Of a DNA stretch of 64,000 nt, positions 21,573-33,564 are shown in pieces. The position numbers and the translations under genes were made by a program. The stretch comes from Candidatus Geohabitans tengchongensis. GTDB taxonomy: Bacteria; Sysuimicrobiota; Sysuimicrobiia; Sysuimicrobiales; Humicultoraceae. The notes below the pieces were generated by a model. It made no database searches and was not told where the DNA came from. It was given only the letters and a program-made list of their open reading frames with translations. The stretch spans positions 1-64,000 of the forward strand of contig JAVKIH010000005.1 in NCBI GenBank assembly GCA_031459625.1, read 5' to 3'. Each line of letters opens with the position of its first letter. Position 1 is the first letter of the stretch.

Positions 21573-23531
21573 ATGCGGATCCTGATCCTCGGTAACGGCG
21601 CCCGGGAGCACGCCGTCGGCTGGGCCCTCGCTGCCTCTTCTTCCCGTCCAGCCCTGTTCTTCGCCCCCGGGAACGCCGGGACCGAGTCGCTGGGCCCTTC
21701 ATTACCCGCCGACCTGCACGACCCCGAGAGTCTCCTTCGCGCCGCCCGAAGCGTGGAGCCCGACCTCACCGTGGTGGGGCCCGAGGCGCCGCTGGCCGCC
21801 GGGGTGGTGGACCGGTTCGAGGCGGCCGGGTTCCGCATCGTCGGCCCGCGCCTAGCCGCGGCGCGGATCGAGAGCAGCAAGGCCTTCGCCAAAGCCCTCA
21901 TGGCCGAGGCCGGCATCCCCACAGCGCCCTGGCAGGTCTTCGAGGACCCGGCGGCGGCGCTGGCGTACGTGCGGACGGCCCCGCTCCCGCTCGTGGTCAA
22001 AGCGGACGGGCTGGCTGCCGGCAAGGGCGTCACCGTGTGCGCCACGCGGGGTGAGGCGGAGGACGCCGTCTACCGGCTGATGGTGCAGGGCGCCTTCGGT
22101 GAGGCGGGCCGGCGCGTGGTCGTCGAGGAGGCCCTCGAGGGCGAGGAGGTGAGCGTCCTCGCCCTCACCGACGGCCGGGACATCGCCCTGCTGCCGCCCG
22201 CACGCGACCACAAGCGCCTGCTGGCCCAGGACCGTGGCCCCAACACCGGCGGGATGGGCGCGGTCGCCCCCGCCGCGATCGGCCCGGGTGTCCTGGGCCA
22301 GGCCGAGGCGATCCTGCGGCGCGCCGTCCGGGCGCTGGCCGCGCGCGGCACGCCCTATCGGGGGATCCTCTACGCCGGCCTGATGGAGACGGCCGGCGGC
22401 GTGCGCGTGCTGGAGTTCAACTGCCGCCTAGGCGACCCCGAGGCGCAGGCCATCCTCCCGCTGCTCGACACCGACCTGGTGGACGCGCTCCTGGCCACCG
22501 TGGAGGGACGTGTCGGCACCCTGCAAGTGCGGTGGCGCCCCGGGGCGGCGGTGGCCGTGGTGGTGGCCGGCGGGCGCTATCCGGAGGCAGCCGACCACGG
22601 CACTCCCATCGAAGGAGTGGGAGAGATCCCTCCGGACATCCTGGTCTTCCACGCGGGGACGGCTCGTGGACCGGACGGCCGCCTGGTCACCGCCGGCGGC
22701 CGCATCCTGACGCTCGTGGCGGTGGGGCCCGACATGGAGGCGGCGCGTCGGCGCGCTGTCAAGGCCGCCGAGACGGTGCGGTTCCCCGGCCGTCACTACC
22801 GCCCCGACATCGGCCTGCGGCATCGGCATTGGCTCCCCGCGACCGGCACGGTCTGGGCCGCCGGCGAGCCTGCAGACCGCGACCGCCGGCATCCGCTCCC
22901 CATTGCCGGCGGAGCGCCGGACCGCGGTGGGCCCGGGCCCGGCGGCGCACCGGACCACCATCGCCCCGTGGCCAGCGGCGTGGCGGGGCACACCCCGTCC
23001 CTCCATGCCCGCGTGGCCATCATCGTGGGCAGCGACTCCGACCTGCCGGTGGTGGAGGAGCACGCCCTCCCGGTCCTGCGCCACTTCGCCGTGCCCTACG
23101 AGGTCACCGTCGCCTCCGCGCACCGCTCTCCCGAGCGCGTGCGGCGGGTGGCCGAGGAGGCCGAGGCGCGGGGGTGGCAGGTGATCATCGCCGCCGCCGG
23201 CGGGGCGGCGCACCTGGCCGGGGTGCTCGCGGCTCACACAGTGCTGCCGGTGATCGGCGTGCCGCTCGACGCCACGCCGCTGCGCGGCCTGGACGCCCTG
23301 CTCGCCACCGTCCAGATGCCCCCGGGGGTGCCGGTGGCCACGGTGGCCGTCGGGGGGTGGGGGATGCACAATGCCGCCCTGCTCGCCGTGCAGATCCTGG
23401 CTACCGCGGATCCCGAGCTGCGCGAGCGCTTCCGTCAGGGCAAGGCCCGCCTGGCCCGGTCGGTCGAGGAGAAGGCGGCACGGGTGGCCGAGCACCTCGC
23501 CCGCGGGGACGCTGCCGCAGCGGAGCGGTGA
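21573..23531 (+). CDS. purD: PurD-PurE fusion (GAR synthetase + N5-CAIR mutase/AIR carboxylase)
   Basis: GNGAREHA, KADGLAAGKGV, GPNTGGMGA, EFNCRLGDPE, then a ~65-aa linker, then GSDSD, SAHRSP, AGGAAHLAG, VQMPPGVPVATV in one frame. Confidence 0.92.
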   Translation: MRILILGNGAREHAVGWALAASSSRPALFFAPGNAGTESLGPSLPADLHDPESLLRAARSVEPDLTVVGPEAPLAAGVVDRFEAAGFRIVGPRLAAARIESSKAFAKALMAEAGIPTAPWQVFEDPAAALAYVRTAPLPLVVKADGLAAGKGVTVCATRGEAEDAVYRLMVQGAFGEAGRRVVVEEALEGEEVSVLALTDGRDIALLPPARDHKRLLAQDRGPNTGGMGAVAPAAIGPGVLGQAEAILRRAVRALAARGTPYRGILYAGLMETAGGVRVLEFNCRLGDPEAQAILPLLDTDLVDALLATVEGRVGTLQVRWRPGAAVAVVVAGGRYPEAADHGTPIEGVGEIPPDILVFHAGTARGPDGRLVTAGGRILTLVAVGPDMEAARRRAVKAAETVRFPGRHYRPDIGLRHRHWLPATGTVWAAGEPADRDRRHPLPIAGGAPDRGGPGPGGAPDHHRPVASGVAGHTPSLHARVAIIVGSDSDLPVVEEHALPVLRHFAVPYEVTVASAHRSPERVRRVAEEAEARGWQVIIAAAGGAAHLAGVLAAHTVLPVIGVPLDATPLRGLDALLATVQMPPGVPVATVAVGGWGMHNAALLAVQILATADPELRERFRQGKARLARSVEEKAARVAEHLARGDAAAAER

Positions 23532-23535
23532 GCCC

Positions 23536-24852
23536 ATGCCGGTGACCGCCGTGGTCGGGGGGCAGTGGGGCGACGAGGGCAAGGGGAAGATCGTCGACAC
23601 CCTGGCCGCCGACGCCGACCTGGTCATCCGCTACAACGGGGGCGGCAACGCCGGGCACACCGTCGTGCTCGACCGCGGCACCTTCCGCCTCCACCTGGTC
23701 CCCTCGGGGATCTTCCGCCCGGGGGTGCTCTGCCTCATCGGTCCGGGCGTGGTCGTGAACCCGGACCGGCTGCTGGAAGAGATTGACGCCCTGCGCGCCC
23801 GCGGGATCGACACGAGCGGGTTGCGCCTGGCCGACCGGGCGCACCTCGTCTTCCCCCACCACCTGGCGCAGGACGCCCTGGAGGAGGAGGCCCGCGGCGC
23901 CGCCGCCCACGGGACCACCCGCCAGGGGATCTGGCCGGCGTACGCCGACAAGGCCTCCCGCATGGGCGTGCGCGTGGCCGACCTCTTCGAGCCGCAGGTG
24001 CTCGAGGGGGCGGTCCGCCACCTAGCCGCGCGCAAGGGCGCCGTCTTCCGGGCGCTCTATGGCCGGACGCTGGAGGCCGACGAGCTGCTGGCGCGGTGCG
24101 CGGCCTGGCGGGAGGCGCTCGCGCCCTACGTGGTGGACGCGCTCCCGCTCGTCACCGAGGCGCTGCGCCGCGACGCGCGCATCATCCTGGAGGGGCACCT
24201 GGGGGTGATGCGCGACCTGGACTGGGGCGTCTACCCGTACGTCACTTCCTCGACCTGCCTGCCGGCGGGGGCCGGCGCCGGCGCGGGGATTCCCGCCGGA
24301 GCCATCACGCGCGTGGTCGGGGTGGTGAAGGCCTACACCACGGCCGTGGGCGCCGGGCCGCTCCCCACCGAGCTGCACGACGAGACCGCGGCCCGCCTGC
24401 GCGCGGCGGGCCACGAGTTCGGCACCCTCACGGGGCGGCCCCGCCGCTGCGGCTGGTTCGACGCCGTGGCCGTGCGCTACGCCGCCCAGGTGGCGGGGTT
24501 CACGGAGCTGGCGGTGATGAAGGTGGACGTGCTGGGCGGGTTCGACCCGGTGCGGGTGTGCGTGGCCTACCAGGACGGCGAGCGCGTCCTGCAGACGGTC
24601 CCCCACCACGCCGCCCTGGCGCGCGTCCAGCCGGTGTACGAGGACCTGCCCGGCTGGCCCCCCACGGGGCCGGTCGAGCACGAGGAGGCCCTGCCGGCGG
24701 CCGCGCGCGCCTTCCTCGACCGGGTGGAGGCGCTGGTGGGCGTCCCGGTCACCCTGGTGGGGACCGGGCAGGCACGCAGCGCGCTGCTGGTGCGCAGTGC
24801 CGCGATGGGCCCTGGCGGGCGCGCCCGCCAGGGGGTCAGCCGGCGTGCTTGA
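23536..24852 (+). CDS. purA: Adenylosuccinate synthetase
   Basis: GQWGDEGKGK, GGGNAGHT, YPYVTSS, KAYTT, TGRPRRCGWFD. Confidence 0.95.
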   Translation: MPVTAVVGGQWGDEGKGKIVDTLAADADLVIRYNGGGNAGHTVVLDRGTFRLHLVPSGIFRPGVLCLIGPGVVVNPDRLLEEIDALRARGIDTSGLRLADRAHLVFPHHLAQDALEEEARGAAAHGTTRQGIWPAYADKASRMGVRVADLFEPQVLEGAVRHLAARKGAVFRALYGRTLEADELLARCAAWREALAPYVVDALPLVTEALRRDARIILEGHLGVMRDLDWGVYPYVTSSTCLPAGAGAGAGIPAGAITRVVGVVKAYTTAVGAGPLPTELHDETAARLRAAGHEFGTLTGRPRRCGWFDAVAVRYAAQVAGFTELAVMKVDVLGGFDPVRVCVAYQDGERVLQTVPHHAALARVQPVYEDLPGWPPTGPVEHEEALPAAARAFLDRVEALVGVPVTLVGTGQARSALLVRSAAMGPGGRARQGVSRRA

Positions 24853-26215
24853 GCGCTACGCCACCCCGGAGATGCGCACCCTGTGGGCGGAGGAGACGCG
24901 GTTCGCCCTGTGGCTGGAGGTCGAGCTGCTGGCGGCGGAGGCGCAGGCGGCGCTGGGCGAGATCCCCCGCGAGGCGGCGGAAGCGCTGCGCCGCACCGCG
25001 CGCCCCGGGACGCCGGAGCGGATCGCCGAGATCGAGCGCACCGAGACCCACCACGACGTCGTCGCCTTCCTGCGCTCGGTCGGGGAGCAGACCGGCGAGG
25101 TGGCCCGCTACCTCCACCGGGGGCTGGGCTCCTCCGACGTCGTCGACACCGCGCAGGCCGTGCTGCTGGTGCGGGCCGCCGACCTGATCCTGGCCGCGCT
25201 GGACGAGCTGCTGGCCGCCCTGCGCGCCCTGGCGGAGCGCTACCGCGCCACGCCCATGGCCGGCCGCACCCACGGCATGCTGGCCGAGCCGATCACCTTC
25301 GGCCTGAAGGCCGCGCTGTGGTTCACCGAGGTGCGGCGGGGGCGGGACCGCCTGCAGCAGGCCCGCGAGACGGTGCGCGTCGGCAAGGTCTCCGGCGAGG
25401 TCGGCACCTACGCCCACCTCGACCCGGCGGTGGAGGCGGCGGTCTGCCGGGGGCTGGGGCTGGAGCCGGAGGTCGTCTCCTCCCAGATCGTGCAGCGCGA
25501 CCGCCACGCCGCCTACCTCTGCGCGCTGGCGGTGCTGGCGGGAACGCTCGAGCGCATCGCCACGGACCTGCGCACCCTGCAGCGCAGCGAGATCGGCGAG
25601 GTGGAGGAGCCCTTCGCGGAGGGGCAGACCGGGTCGTCGGCCATGCCGCACAAGCGCAACCCCATCCTGTGCGAGCGCCTCTGCGGCCTGGCCCGGGTCG
25701 TGCGCGGGCAGGCCCTCACCGCCCTGGAGAACCAGGCGCTGTGGGGGGAGCGGGACATCTCGCACTCCTCCGCCGAGCGGGTCATCTTCCCCCAGGCCAC
25801 CACGCTGGTGCACTACATGACGCGCACGCTGACCCGGGTGGTGCGCGGGCTGCGGGTGTACCCGGAGGCCATGGCGCGCAACCTGTGGCGCCACGGCGGC
25901 GTGGTCTTCAGCCACGCCGTGCTGCTGGCGCTGCTGGAGGCGGGCCGCCCCCGCGAGGAGGCCTACGCGCTGGTGCAGCAGGCCGCCGCCGAGGCGCTGG
26001 AAGGGCGGGGCGGCTTCCGGGAGCTGGTGGCGGCCCGCGGGGTCCTGCCGCCCGAGCGCCTGGCGCAGTGCTTCGACCTGGCCCGGGCGCTGCGCCACGT
26101 CGACCGCATCATCGACCGCGCGCTTGCCGGCGACGACCGCGCGCCGCGCCAGGACGCGCCCCTCCGCCCGACACCCGCCGGAGCGGCGGCCAGGCCGCCC
26201 GGGCTGGTGCCGTAG
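24845..26215 (+). CDS. purB: Adenylosuccinate lyase
   Basis: ERY..PEM, HDVVAF, GRTHG, GSSAMPHKRNP, ERDISHSS. Confidence 0.95.
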   Translation: MLERYATPEMRTLWAEETRFALWLEVELLAAEAQAALGEIPREAAEALRRTARPGTPERIAEIERTETHHDVVAFLRSVGEQTGEVARYLHRGLGSSDVVDTAQAVLLVRAADLILAALDELLAALRALAERYRATPMAGRTHGMLAEPITFGLKAALWFTEVRRGRDRLQQARETVRVGKVSGEVGTYAHLDPAVEAAVCRGLGLEPEVVSSQIVQRDRHAAYLCALAVLAGTLERIATDLRTLQRSEIGEVEEPFAEGQTGSSAMPHKRNPILCERLCGLARVVRGQALTALENQALWGERDISHSSAERVIFPQATTLVHYMTRTLTRVVRGLRVYPEAMARNLWRHGGVVFSHAVLLALLEAGRPREEAYALVQQAAAEALEGRGGFRELVAARGVLPPERLAQCFDLARALRHVDRIIDRALAGDDRAPRQDAPLRPTPAGAAARPPGLVP

Positions 26216-26247
26216 GACATCAGGACCGTGCCGAGGGGAGGGAGGGG

Positions 26248-27126
26248 ATGGCAAGCGCCGTGCTGAGCCAGACCGCGCTGCCGCTGCCGCTGGTGGCGCG
26301 GGGGAAGGTCCGTGACGTCTACGCCTTCGGGGAGGACCGGCTGCTCATCGTGGCCACCGACCGCCTCTCCGCCTTCGACCACGTCCTGCCCACGCCGATC
26401 CCCGACAAGGGCCGCGTGCTCACCCTGCTCTCGGCGTTCTGGTTCGAGCGCACGGCCGCCCTCGTCCCCAACCACCTCCTCACGCTGGATCTCCGGCCGC
26501 AGGGCCTGCCGGATGAGCTGCAGGACCGGGCCATGGTGGTGCGCCGCGCCCGGCGCATCGACGTGGAGTGCGTGGTGCGCGGCTACCTGGCCGGCTCCGC
26601 CTGGGAGGAGTACCGCGAGCGCGGCACCGTGGGCGGCGTGGCGCTGCCTGCGGGGCTGCGGCCCGGTGACCGGCTGCCGGAGCCGCTCTTCACGCCGGCC
26701 ACCAAGGCCGCCGCAGGGCACGACGAGAACATCACCGTCGCCCGCCTGGTCGACCTGGTCGGTCCGGCGCTCGCCCACGAGCTGCGCGAGCGCTCCGTGG
26801 CGCTCTACCGGGCGGCGCACGCGCTCGCCTGGGAGCGCGGTCTCGTCCTGGCCGACACCAAGTTCGAGTTCGGCTTCGGCCCCCGCGAGGACCTCATCCT
26901 CATCGACGAGGCCCTCACCCCGGACTCCTCCCGCTACTGGGACCGCGCCGCCTACGCGGCGGGCCGTCCGGAGCCGTTCGACAAGCAGTACGTGCGCGAC
27001 TACCTGACGCGCATCGGGTGGGACCGGGAGCCGCCCGCCCCGGCGCTGCCGCCCGAGGTGGTGGCGGTCACGCGGGAGCGCTACCGGGAGTGCTACCGCC
27101 GGCTGGTGGGGCGGGAGCTGCCGTGA
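26248..27126 (+). CDS. purC: SAICAR synthetase
   Basis: [43 protein letters not shown]. Confidence 0.96.
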   Translation: MASAVLSQTALPLPLVARGKVRDVYAFGEDRLLIVATDRLSAFDHVLPTPIPDKGRVLTLLSAFWFERTAALVPNHLLTLDLRPQGLPDELQDRAMVVRRARRIDVECVVRGYLAGSAWEEYRERGTVGGVALPAGLRPGDRLPEPLFTPATKAAAGHDENITVARLVDLVGPALAHELRERSVALYRAAHALAWERGLVLADTKFEFGFGPREDLILIDEALTPDSSRYWDRAAYAAGRPEPFDKQYVRDYLTRIGWDREPPAPALPPEVVAVTRERYRECYRRLVGRELP

Positions 27127-27353
27127 GGCGGGTGCGCGTGGTGGTCACCCTGCGCCCGGGGATGCTGGACGCGGCCGGGCAGGCGGTGGCGCAGGGGTTG
27201 CGGGCGCTCGGCTACGACGTCGGGGAGGTGCGGGTGGGCAAGGTGGTCGACCTGGACGTCCCGGACGGTGTGGACATCGAGGAGCTGTGCCGTACCTTCC
27301 TGGCCAACCCGCTGGTGGAGACCTGGGAGGTGCAACCGGGGGTGGTGGCGTGA
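27123..27353 (+). CDS. purS: FGAM synthase subunit PurS
   Basis: [20 protein letters not shown]. Confidence 0.9.
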   Translation: MRRVRVVVTLRPGMLDAAGQAVAQGLRALGYDVGEVRVGKVVDLDVPDGVDIEELCRTFLANPLVETWEVQPGVVA

Positions 27354-28141
27354 TCTGGGGCGTCGTCACCTTCCCCGGCAGCAACTGCGACCGCGACTGC
27401 GTCCACGTGCTGCGCCACCTCCTCGGTCAGGACGTGCGCGAGGTCTGGCACGGGGCGCGCGACCTCACCGGCCTCGACGTGGTCGTCCTGCCCGGCGGGT
27501 TTGCCTACGGCGACTACCTGCGGGCCGGGGCCATCGCCGCCACCTCCCCGGTGCTCCACGCCGTGCGCCGCCACGCCCGGGCGGGCCGCCCGGTGCTCGG
27601 CATCTGCAACGGCTTCCAGGTCCTCACCGAGGCGCGCCTGCTCCCCGGGGCACTCGTGCGCAACCGGGGGCTGCGCTTTATCTGCCGTCACGTGTGGGTG
27701 CGGGTCGAGCGGACCGACACCCCCTTCACGCGGGGCCTGCGGCCCGGGCAGGTGCTGCGCCTGCCCATCGCCCATGCCGAAGGGCGCTACATCGCCGACG
27801 CGGCCACGCTGGCGGCGCTGGAGGCGCAGGGGCGGGTGGTCTTCCGCTACTGCGACGCCGAGGGACGGGTGGTGGAGGCGGCCAACCCCAACGGCTCGCT
27901 CCACGGGATCGCCGGCGTGGCCAGCGCGGAGGGCAACGTCGTGGGGTTGATGCCCCATCCGGAGCGGGCCGCCGAGGTGCTCCTGGGCTCGACGGACGGG
28001 CTGGCGCTCTTCGCGTCGGTGCTCCTCGGAGTGGCCACCGCCTCGCCGTGCCCGGCCGCACCCGCCGAACCCGGGAGGTCAGCGGTGCCCTCCCCGGCCG
28101 CTCCCGCTGCGGGCGCTCGTCGTCCCGCCGGCGTCCTGTGA
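27350..28141 (+). CDS. purQ: FGAM synthase glutaminase subunit PurQ
   Basis: [35 protein letters not shown]. Confidence 0.95.
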   Translation: MIWGVVTFPGSNCDRDCVHVLRHLLGQDVREVWHGARDLTGLDVVVLPGGFAYGDYLRAGAIAATSPVLHAVRRHARAGRPVLGICNGFQVLTEARLLPGALVRNRGLRFICRHVWVRVERTDTPFTRGLRPGQVLRLPIAHAEGRYIADAATLAALEAQGRVVFRYCDAEGRVVEAANPNGSLHGIAGVASAEGNVVGLMPHPERAAEVLLGSTDGLALFASVLLGVATASPCPAAPAEPGRSAVPSPAAPAAGARRPAGVL

Positions 28142-30359
28142 TGGTCACCGCGCTGCGCGGGGCGCTCGACCCGGCCCGGATCGGTCTCACCGCCGCCGAG
28201 GCGGCGACGATCCGCACCGCCCTGGGGCGCGAGCCCAACGCGGTCGAGCTGCGCTGCTTCGGCGTGCTCTGGTCGGAGCACTGCGCCTACAAGCACTCCC
28301 GCACGGTATTGCGTCGGCTGCCCACCGCCGGGGCGCGGGTCCTGCAGGGCCCCGGAGAGAACGCCGGCGTCGTGGCGGTGGATGCGGGGTGGGCGCTCGT
28401 CCTGAAGATGGAGAGCCACAACCACCCCAGCGCCGTCGACCCCTACAACGGTGCCGCCACCGGCGTGGGCGGCATCATCCGTGACGTGCTGGCCATGGGG
28501 GCGCGGCCCATCGCCCTGCTGGACGCGCTGCGCTTCGGCCCGCCGGACGACCCCCGCAGCCGGCGTCTCCTCGCCGGCGTGGTGGCGGGGATCGCCGGGT
28601 ACGGCAACAGCGTCGGCGTCCCCACGGTGGGCGGGGACCTGGCCGTCGACCCGGCTTACCGCGACAACCCGCTGGTGAACGTGGCCTGCCTGGGGCTCGT
28701 GCGCGCCGACGGGGTGGCGCGCGCCCGCGCCGCAGCGGGCCAGGTCTTCCTCTACGCGGGCGCGCGCACGGGACGCGACGGGGTGGGGGGAGCCGCCTTC
28801 GCCAGCGAGGAGCTGGACGAGCGCTCCGAGCGCGAGGACCGCGCTGCCGTGCAGATCGGCGATCCCTTCGCCGGCAAGTGCCTGGTGGAAGCCACCCTGG
28901 CGGCGCTGGCCACGGGCCGCGTACGCGGGGTGCAGGACATGGGGGCCGGGGGGCTCGCCTGCGCCGCCGTGGAGATGGCCGCGCGGGGCGGGTGCGGGGC
29001 CGTCCTCGACCTCGACCGCGTCCCGCTGCGCGAAGCCGGCCTCGCGCCGGAGGAGATCCTCCTCTCCGAATCGCAGGAGCGCATGCTCGTCGCCTGCGCC
29101 CCCGAGGACGCCCCTGCGCTGGCCGCGCACTACGAGCGCTGGGGGCTGGCCGCCGCGGTCGTCGGCCGGGCGACCGCCGACGGCCGCTTCCGCGCGCGCT
29201 TCCAGGGAGCGGTGGTGGCCGACCTGCCGGTGGCGCTCCTGACCGGCGCGCCGGAACGGCACGTCGTCCCCCGGCAGCCGCCAGTGGTCCCCTCCCCGCC
29301 TGTCCCCCCGCTCGACCCCGCCGCGCTGCTCCTGCGCCTGCTGGCCGCGCCCGAACTCGCCGACCGGCGGCCCATCTTCGAGCAGTACGACCACATGGTG
29401 CAGGTGCGGACGGTCGTCCCCCCGGGCGCCGACGCCGCCGTGCTGCGGCTCCAGGAGGTCCCTCCGCTGGGCCTGGCCCTCACCGTCGACGGCAACGGAC
29501 GGTGGTGCGCGCTCGACCCCTACGCCGGGGCGGCCGCCACGGCGCTGGAGGCGGCGACCAACCTGGCCTGCGTGGGGGCGGAACCGCTGGCGGTGACCGA
29601 CTGCCTGAACTTCCCCAGCCCGGAGCGGCCCGAGGTGGCCTGGGCCTTCGCGCAGGCGGTCCAGGGGATCGCCGACGCCTGCCGCGCGCTCGGCGTCCCG
29701 GTCGTCGGAGGCAACGTCTCCTTCTACAACGAGGGGCCGCGCGGGCCCATCCTGCCGACGCCCATGGTGGCGATGGTGGGGCTCGTCCCCGACGTGGCGC
29801 AGCTGGCCGCCACGCGCGGCGCCGGCGCCGACCCGCCCGTGCTCGTGCTGCTCGGCGACGGTGAGGTCACCCTCGCCGGCAGCCTCTGTGCGCGCGAGGC
29901 GGGGATGCGTCCCGGCGGCACCGTCCCCCGCGCCGCGTTCGAGCAGGCGGTGCGGACCCTGGAGGTGGTGCGCCGCGCCGTGCGCGAGGGTCTGGTCGCG
30001 CTGGCTCACGACGTCTCCGACGGCGGTCTGCTGCCGGCGCTCGCGGAGGTCTGCCTCACCCTGCACCGGGGGGCGCGGATCGCCCTGGGGGCGCTCCCGC
30101 CGGAGGCCGGCTCATCCGGCGCAGCCGCCGGGTGGCCCCTCACCCTCTTCGGCGAGGGCGGCACGCGCGTGCTGTGCCTCCTGCCGGGCTCCCGGGTGCC
30201 GGCTCTGGAGGCGCTGGCCAGGTCGGCCCAGGTGCCCGTGCGCTCCCTCGGCGTCGTGGGTGGCGATGCGCTCACCGTGACCGTGGACGACACGCCTGCG
30301 GTGCACCTGCCGCTGACCACGCTCGGCCGCGCCGCTAGGGCGTTCGCGGAGGTGCTGGC

Positions 30360-30363
<4 letters not shown>
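28141..30363 (+). CDS. purL: FGAM synthase subunit PurL
   Basis: [45 protein letters not shown]. Confidence 0.96.
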
Positions 30364-31852
<1,489 letters not shown>

Positions 31853-31856
<4 letters not shown>

Positions 31857-32881
31857 GCGCGGTCCGCGCGAAGGTCTCCACCATCGCGCCCCGGACGTAC
31901 CGGGAGGCCGGGGTCGACCTGGACGGCAAGGCCGCCCTCCTCCGGTCGCTGGGCCGGCTCGTCCGCAGCACGCTCCCCGCGGGAGCCGGCGGGTTTGGCG
32001 ACTTCGCGGGGACCCTGCGCCTGCCGGCCGGCCTCGTCCTGGCCGTGACCACCGACGGCGTGGGGACCAAGGCGCTGCTGGCCCGGCGCTGCGGACGCGA
32101 CGGGGTGGTGGGCGTGGATGCCGTGCACCACTGCGCCAACGACCTGGCCGCCGCCGGCGCGCGGCCGCTGCTCTTCGCCGACTACCTGGCCATGGGCCGT
32201 CTGGACGAGCGCGTGGTGACCGCCGTGGTGGAGGGGATGGCCGCGGCCTGCCGCGCCCTCGGCATCCCGCTGCTGGCGGGAGAGACCGCCGAGATGCCCG
32301 ACACCTACCGCGAGGACGCCTACGACGTGGTGGGGACGATGGTCGGCCTCGTCGACGAACTCCCCCACGCCGGGCCGCCCCGCCCCGGCGACGTCGTCCT
32401 GGGGCTGGCCGCGGACGGGCTGCACACGAACGGCTACAGCCTGGCCCGCCGCCTCGTCGCCGACGTCGACCTGGACCGGTACGACCCGGCGCTGGGAGCC
32501 ACGCCCGCGGACGCCCTCCTCGCGCCCCACCGCTGCTACGCCACCGCCCTCGCCTCCCTGCGCCGCATCGTCCCGGTGCGCGCGGCCGCGCACATCACCG
32601 GCGGCGGCCTGGCGGGGAACCTCGTGCGCGTCCTGCCGCCCGACGCCGCCGCGCGCCTCGACCCCACCTGGCCGGTGCCCCCGGTCTTCCGCTGGCTGCA
32701 GCGGCGCGGCGCGGTGGCCGAGGAGGAGATGCGCCGCGTCTTCAACATGGGAATCGGGATGGCGGTCATCGTCCCGCCGGAGCGGGCGGCGGCGGCGCGG
32801 GACCACCTGGAGGCGGCGGGGGAGCGGTGCTGGGTCATCGGCCACGTGGAGGCAGGGCAGGGGGAGGTGCGCTTCGGGTGA
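31853..32881 (+). CDS. purM: AIR synthetase
   Basis: YREAGVD, TDGVGTK, GETAEMP, GLHTNGYSL, HITGGG, FNMGIG. Confidence 0.95.
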
Positions 32882-33564
32882 CCACGGACCCCCGCATCGC
32901 GCTGCGTGGAGATCCCCTGCGCGTCGGCGTGCTCGTTTCGGGGCAGGGCACGACGCTCCAGGCGCTGCTGGACGACGCGGCCTCCGGCGCCCCCTATGCC
33001 GTCGTCCTCGTCCTCTCCAACGTGCCCGACGCCCCCGCCCTCGACCGCGCCCGGCGGGCCGGGGTCCCGACCTGCACCGTCGACCACCGCGGCCGTCCGC
33101 GCCAGGCCTTCGAGGTCGACGTCGCGCAGGCGCTGGAGGCGGCGCAGGTGGAACTGGTCTGCCTGGCCGGCTTCCTGCGCATCCTCTCGCCCTGGTTCGT
33201 GGAGCGCTTCCGGGGCCGGGTCGTGAACATCCACCCCTCGCTCCTGCCGCGCTTTGGGGGTCGGGGGATGTACGGCCTGCGGGTCCACCAGGCCGTGCTC
33301 GCCGCCGGGGACCGCCAGAGCGGGTGCACCGTCCACCTGGTCGATGAGACACCCGACGGCGGCCCGGTGCTGGCCCAGGCGGTCGTGCCGGTGCTGCCCC
33401 AGGACACGCCGGAGCGCCTGGCGCAGCGCGTGGCGGCGGTGGAGCACCGCCTCTACCCGCAGGTGGTGCGGGCGATCGCCGATGGCCGGCTGCTGGGCCT
33501 CCGCCCACCGGCCCCCTCAGCCCAGGATGGCGCCCCGGCGGCGCTGCGGGTGGGCGCACCGTGA
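32878..33564 (+). CDS. purN: GAR formyltransferase
   Basis: SGQGTTLQA, LAGFLRIL, NIHPSLLP, GCTVHLV. Confidence 0.95.
   Translation: MTTDPRIALRGDPLRVGVLVSGQGTTLQALLDDAASGAPYAVVLVLSNVPDAPALDRARRAGVPTCTVDHRGRPRQAFEVDVAQALEAAQVELVCLAGFLRILSPWFVERFRGRVVNIHPSLLPRFGGRGMYGLRVHQAVLAAGDRQSGCTVHLVDETPDGGPVLAQAVVPVLPQDTPERLAQRVAAVEHRLYPQVVRAIADGRLLGLRPPAPSAQDGAPAALRVGAP

Noticed and set aside
23536..24852. Possible PurZ (2-aminoadenine pathway)
   Set aside because: The catalytic Asp in GDEGKG is retained (PurZ has Ser), and the gene is in the core pur operon with no phage context.
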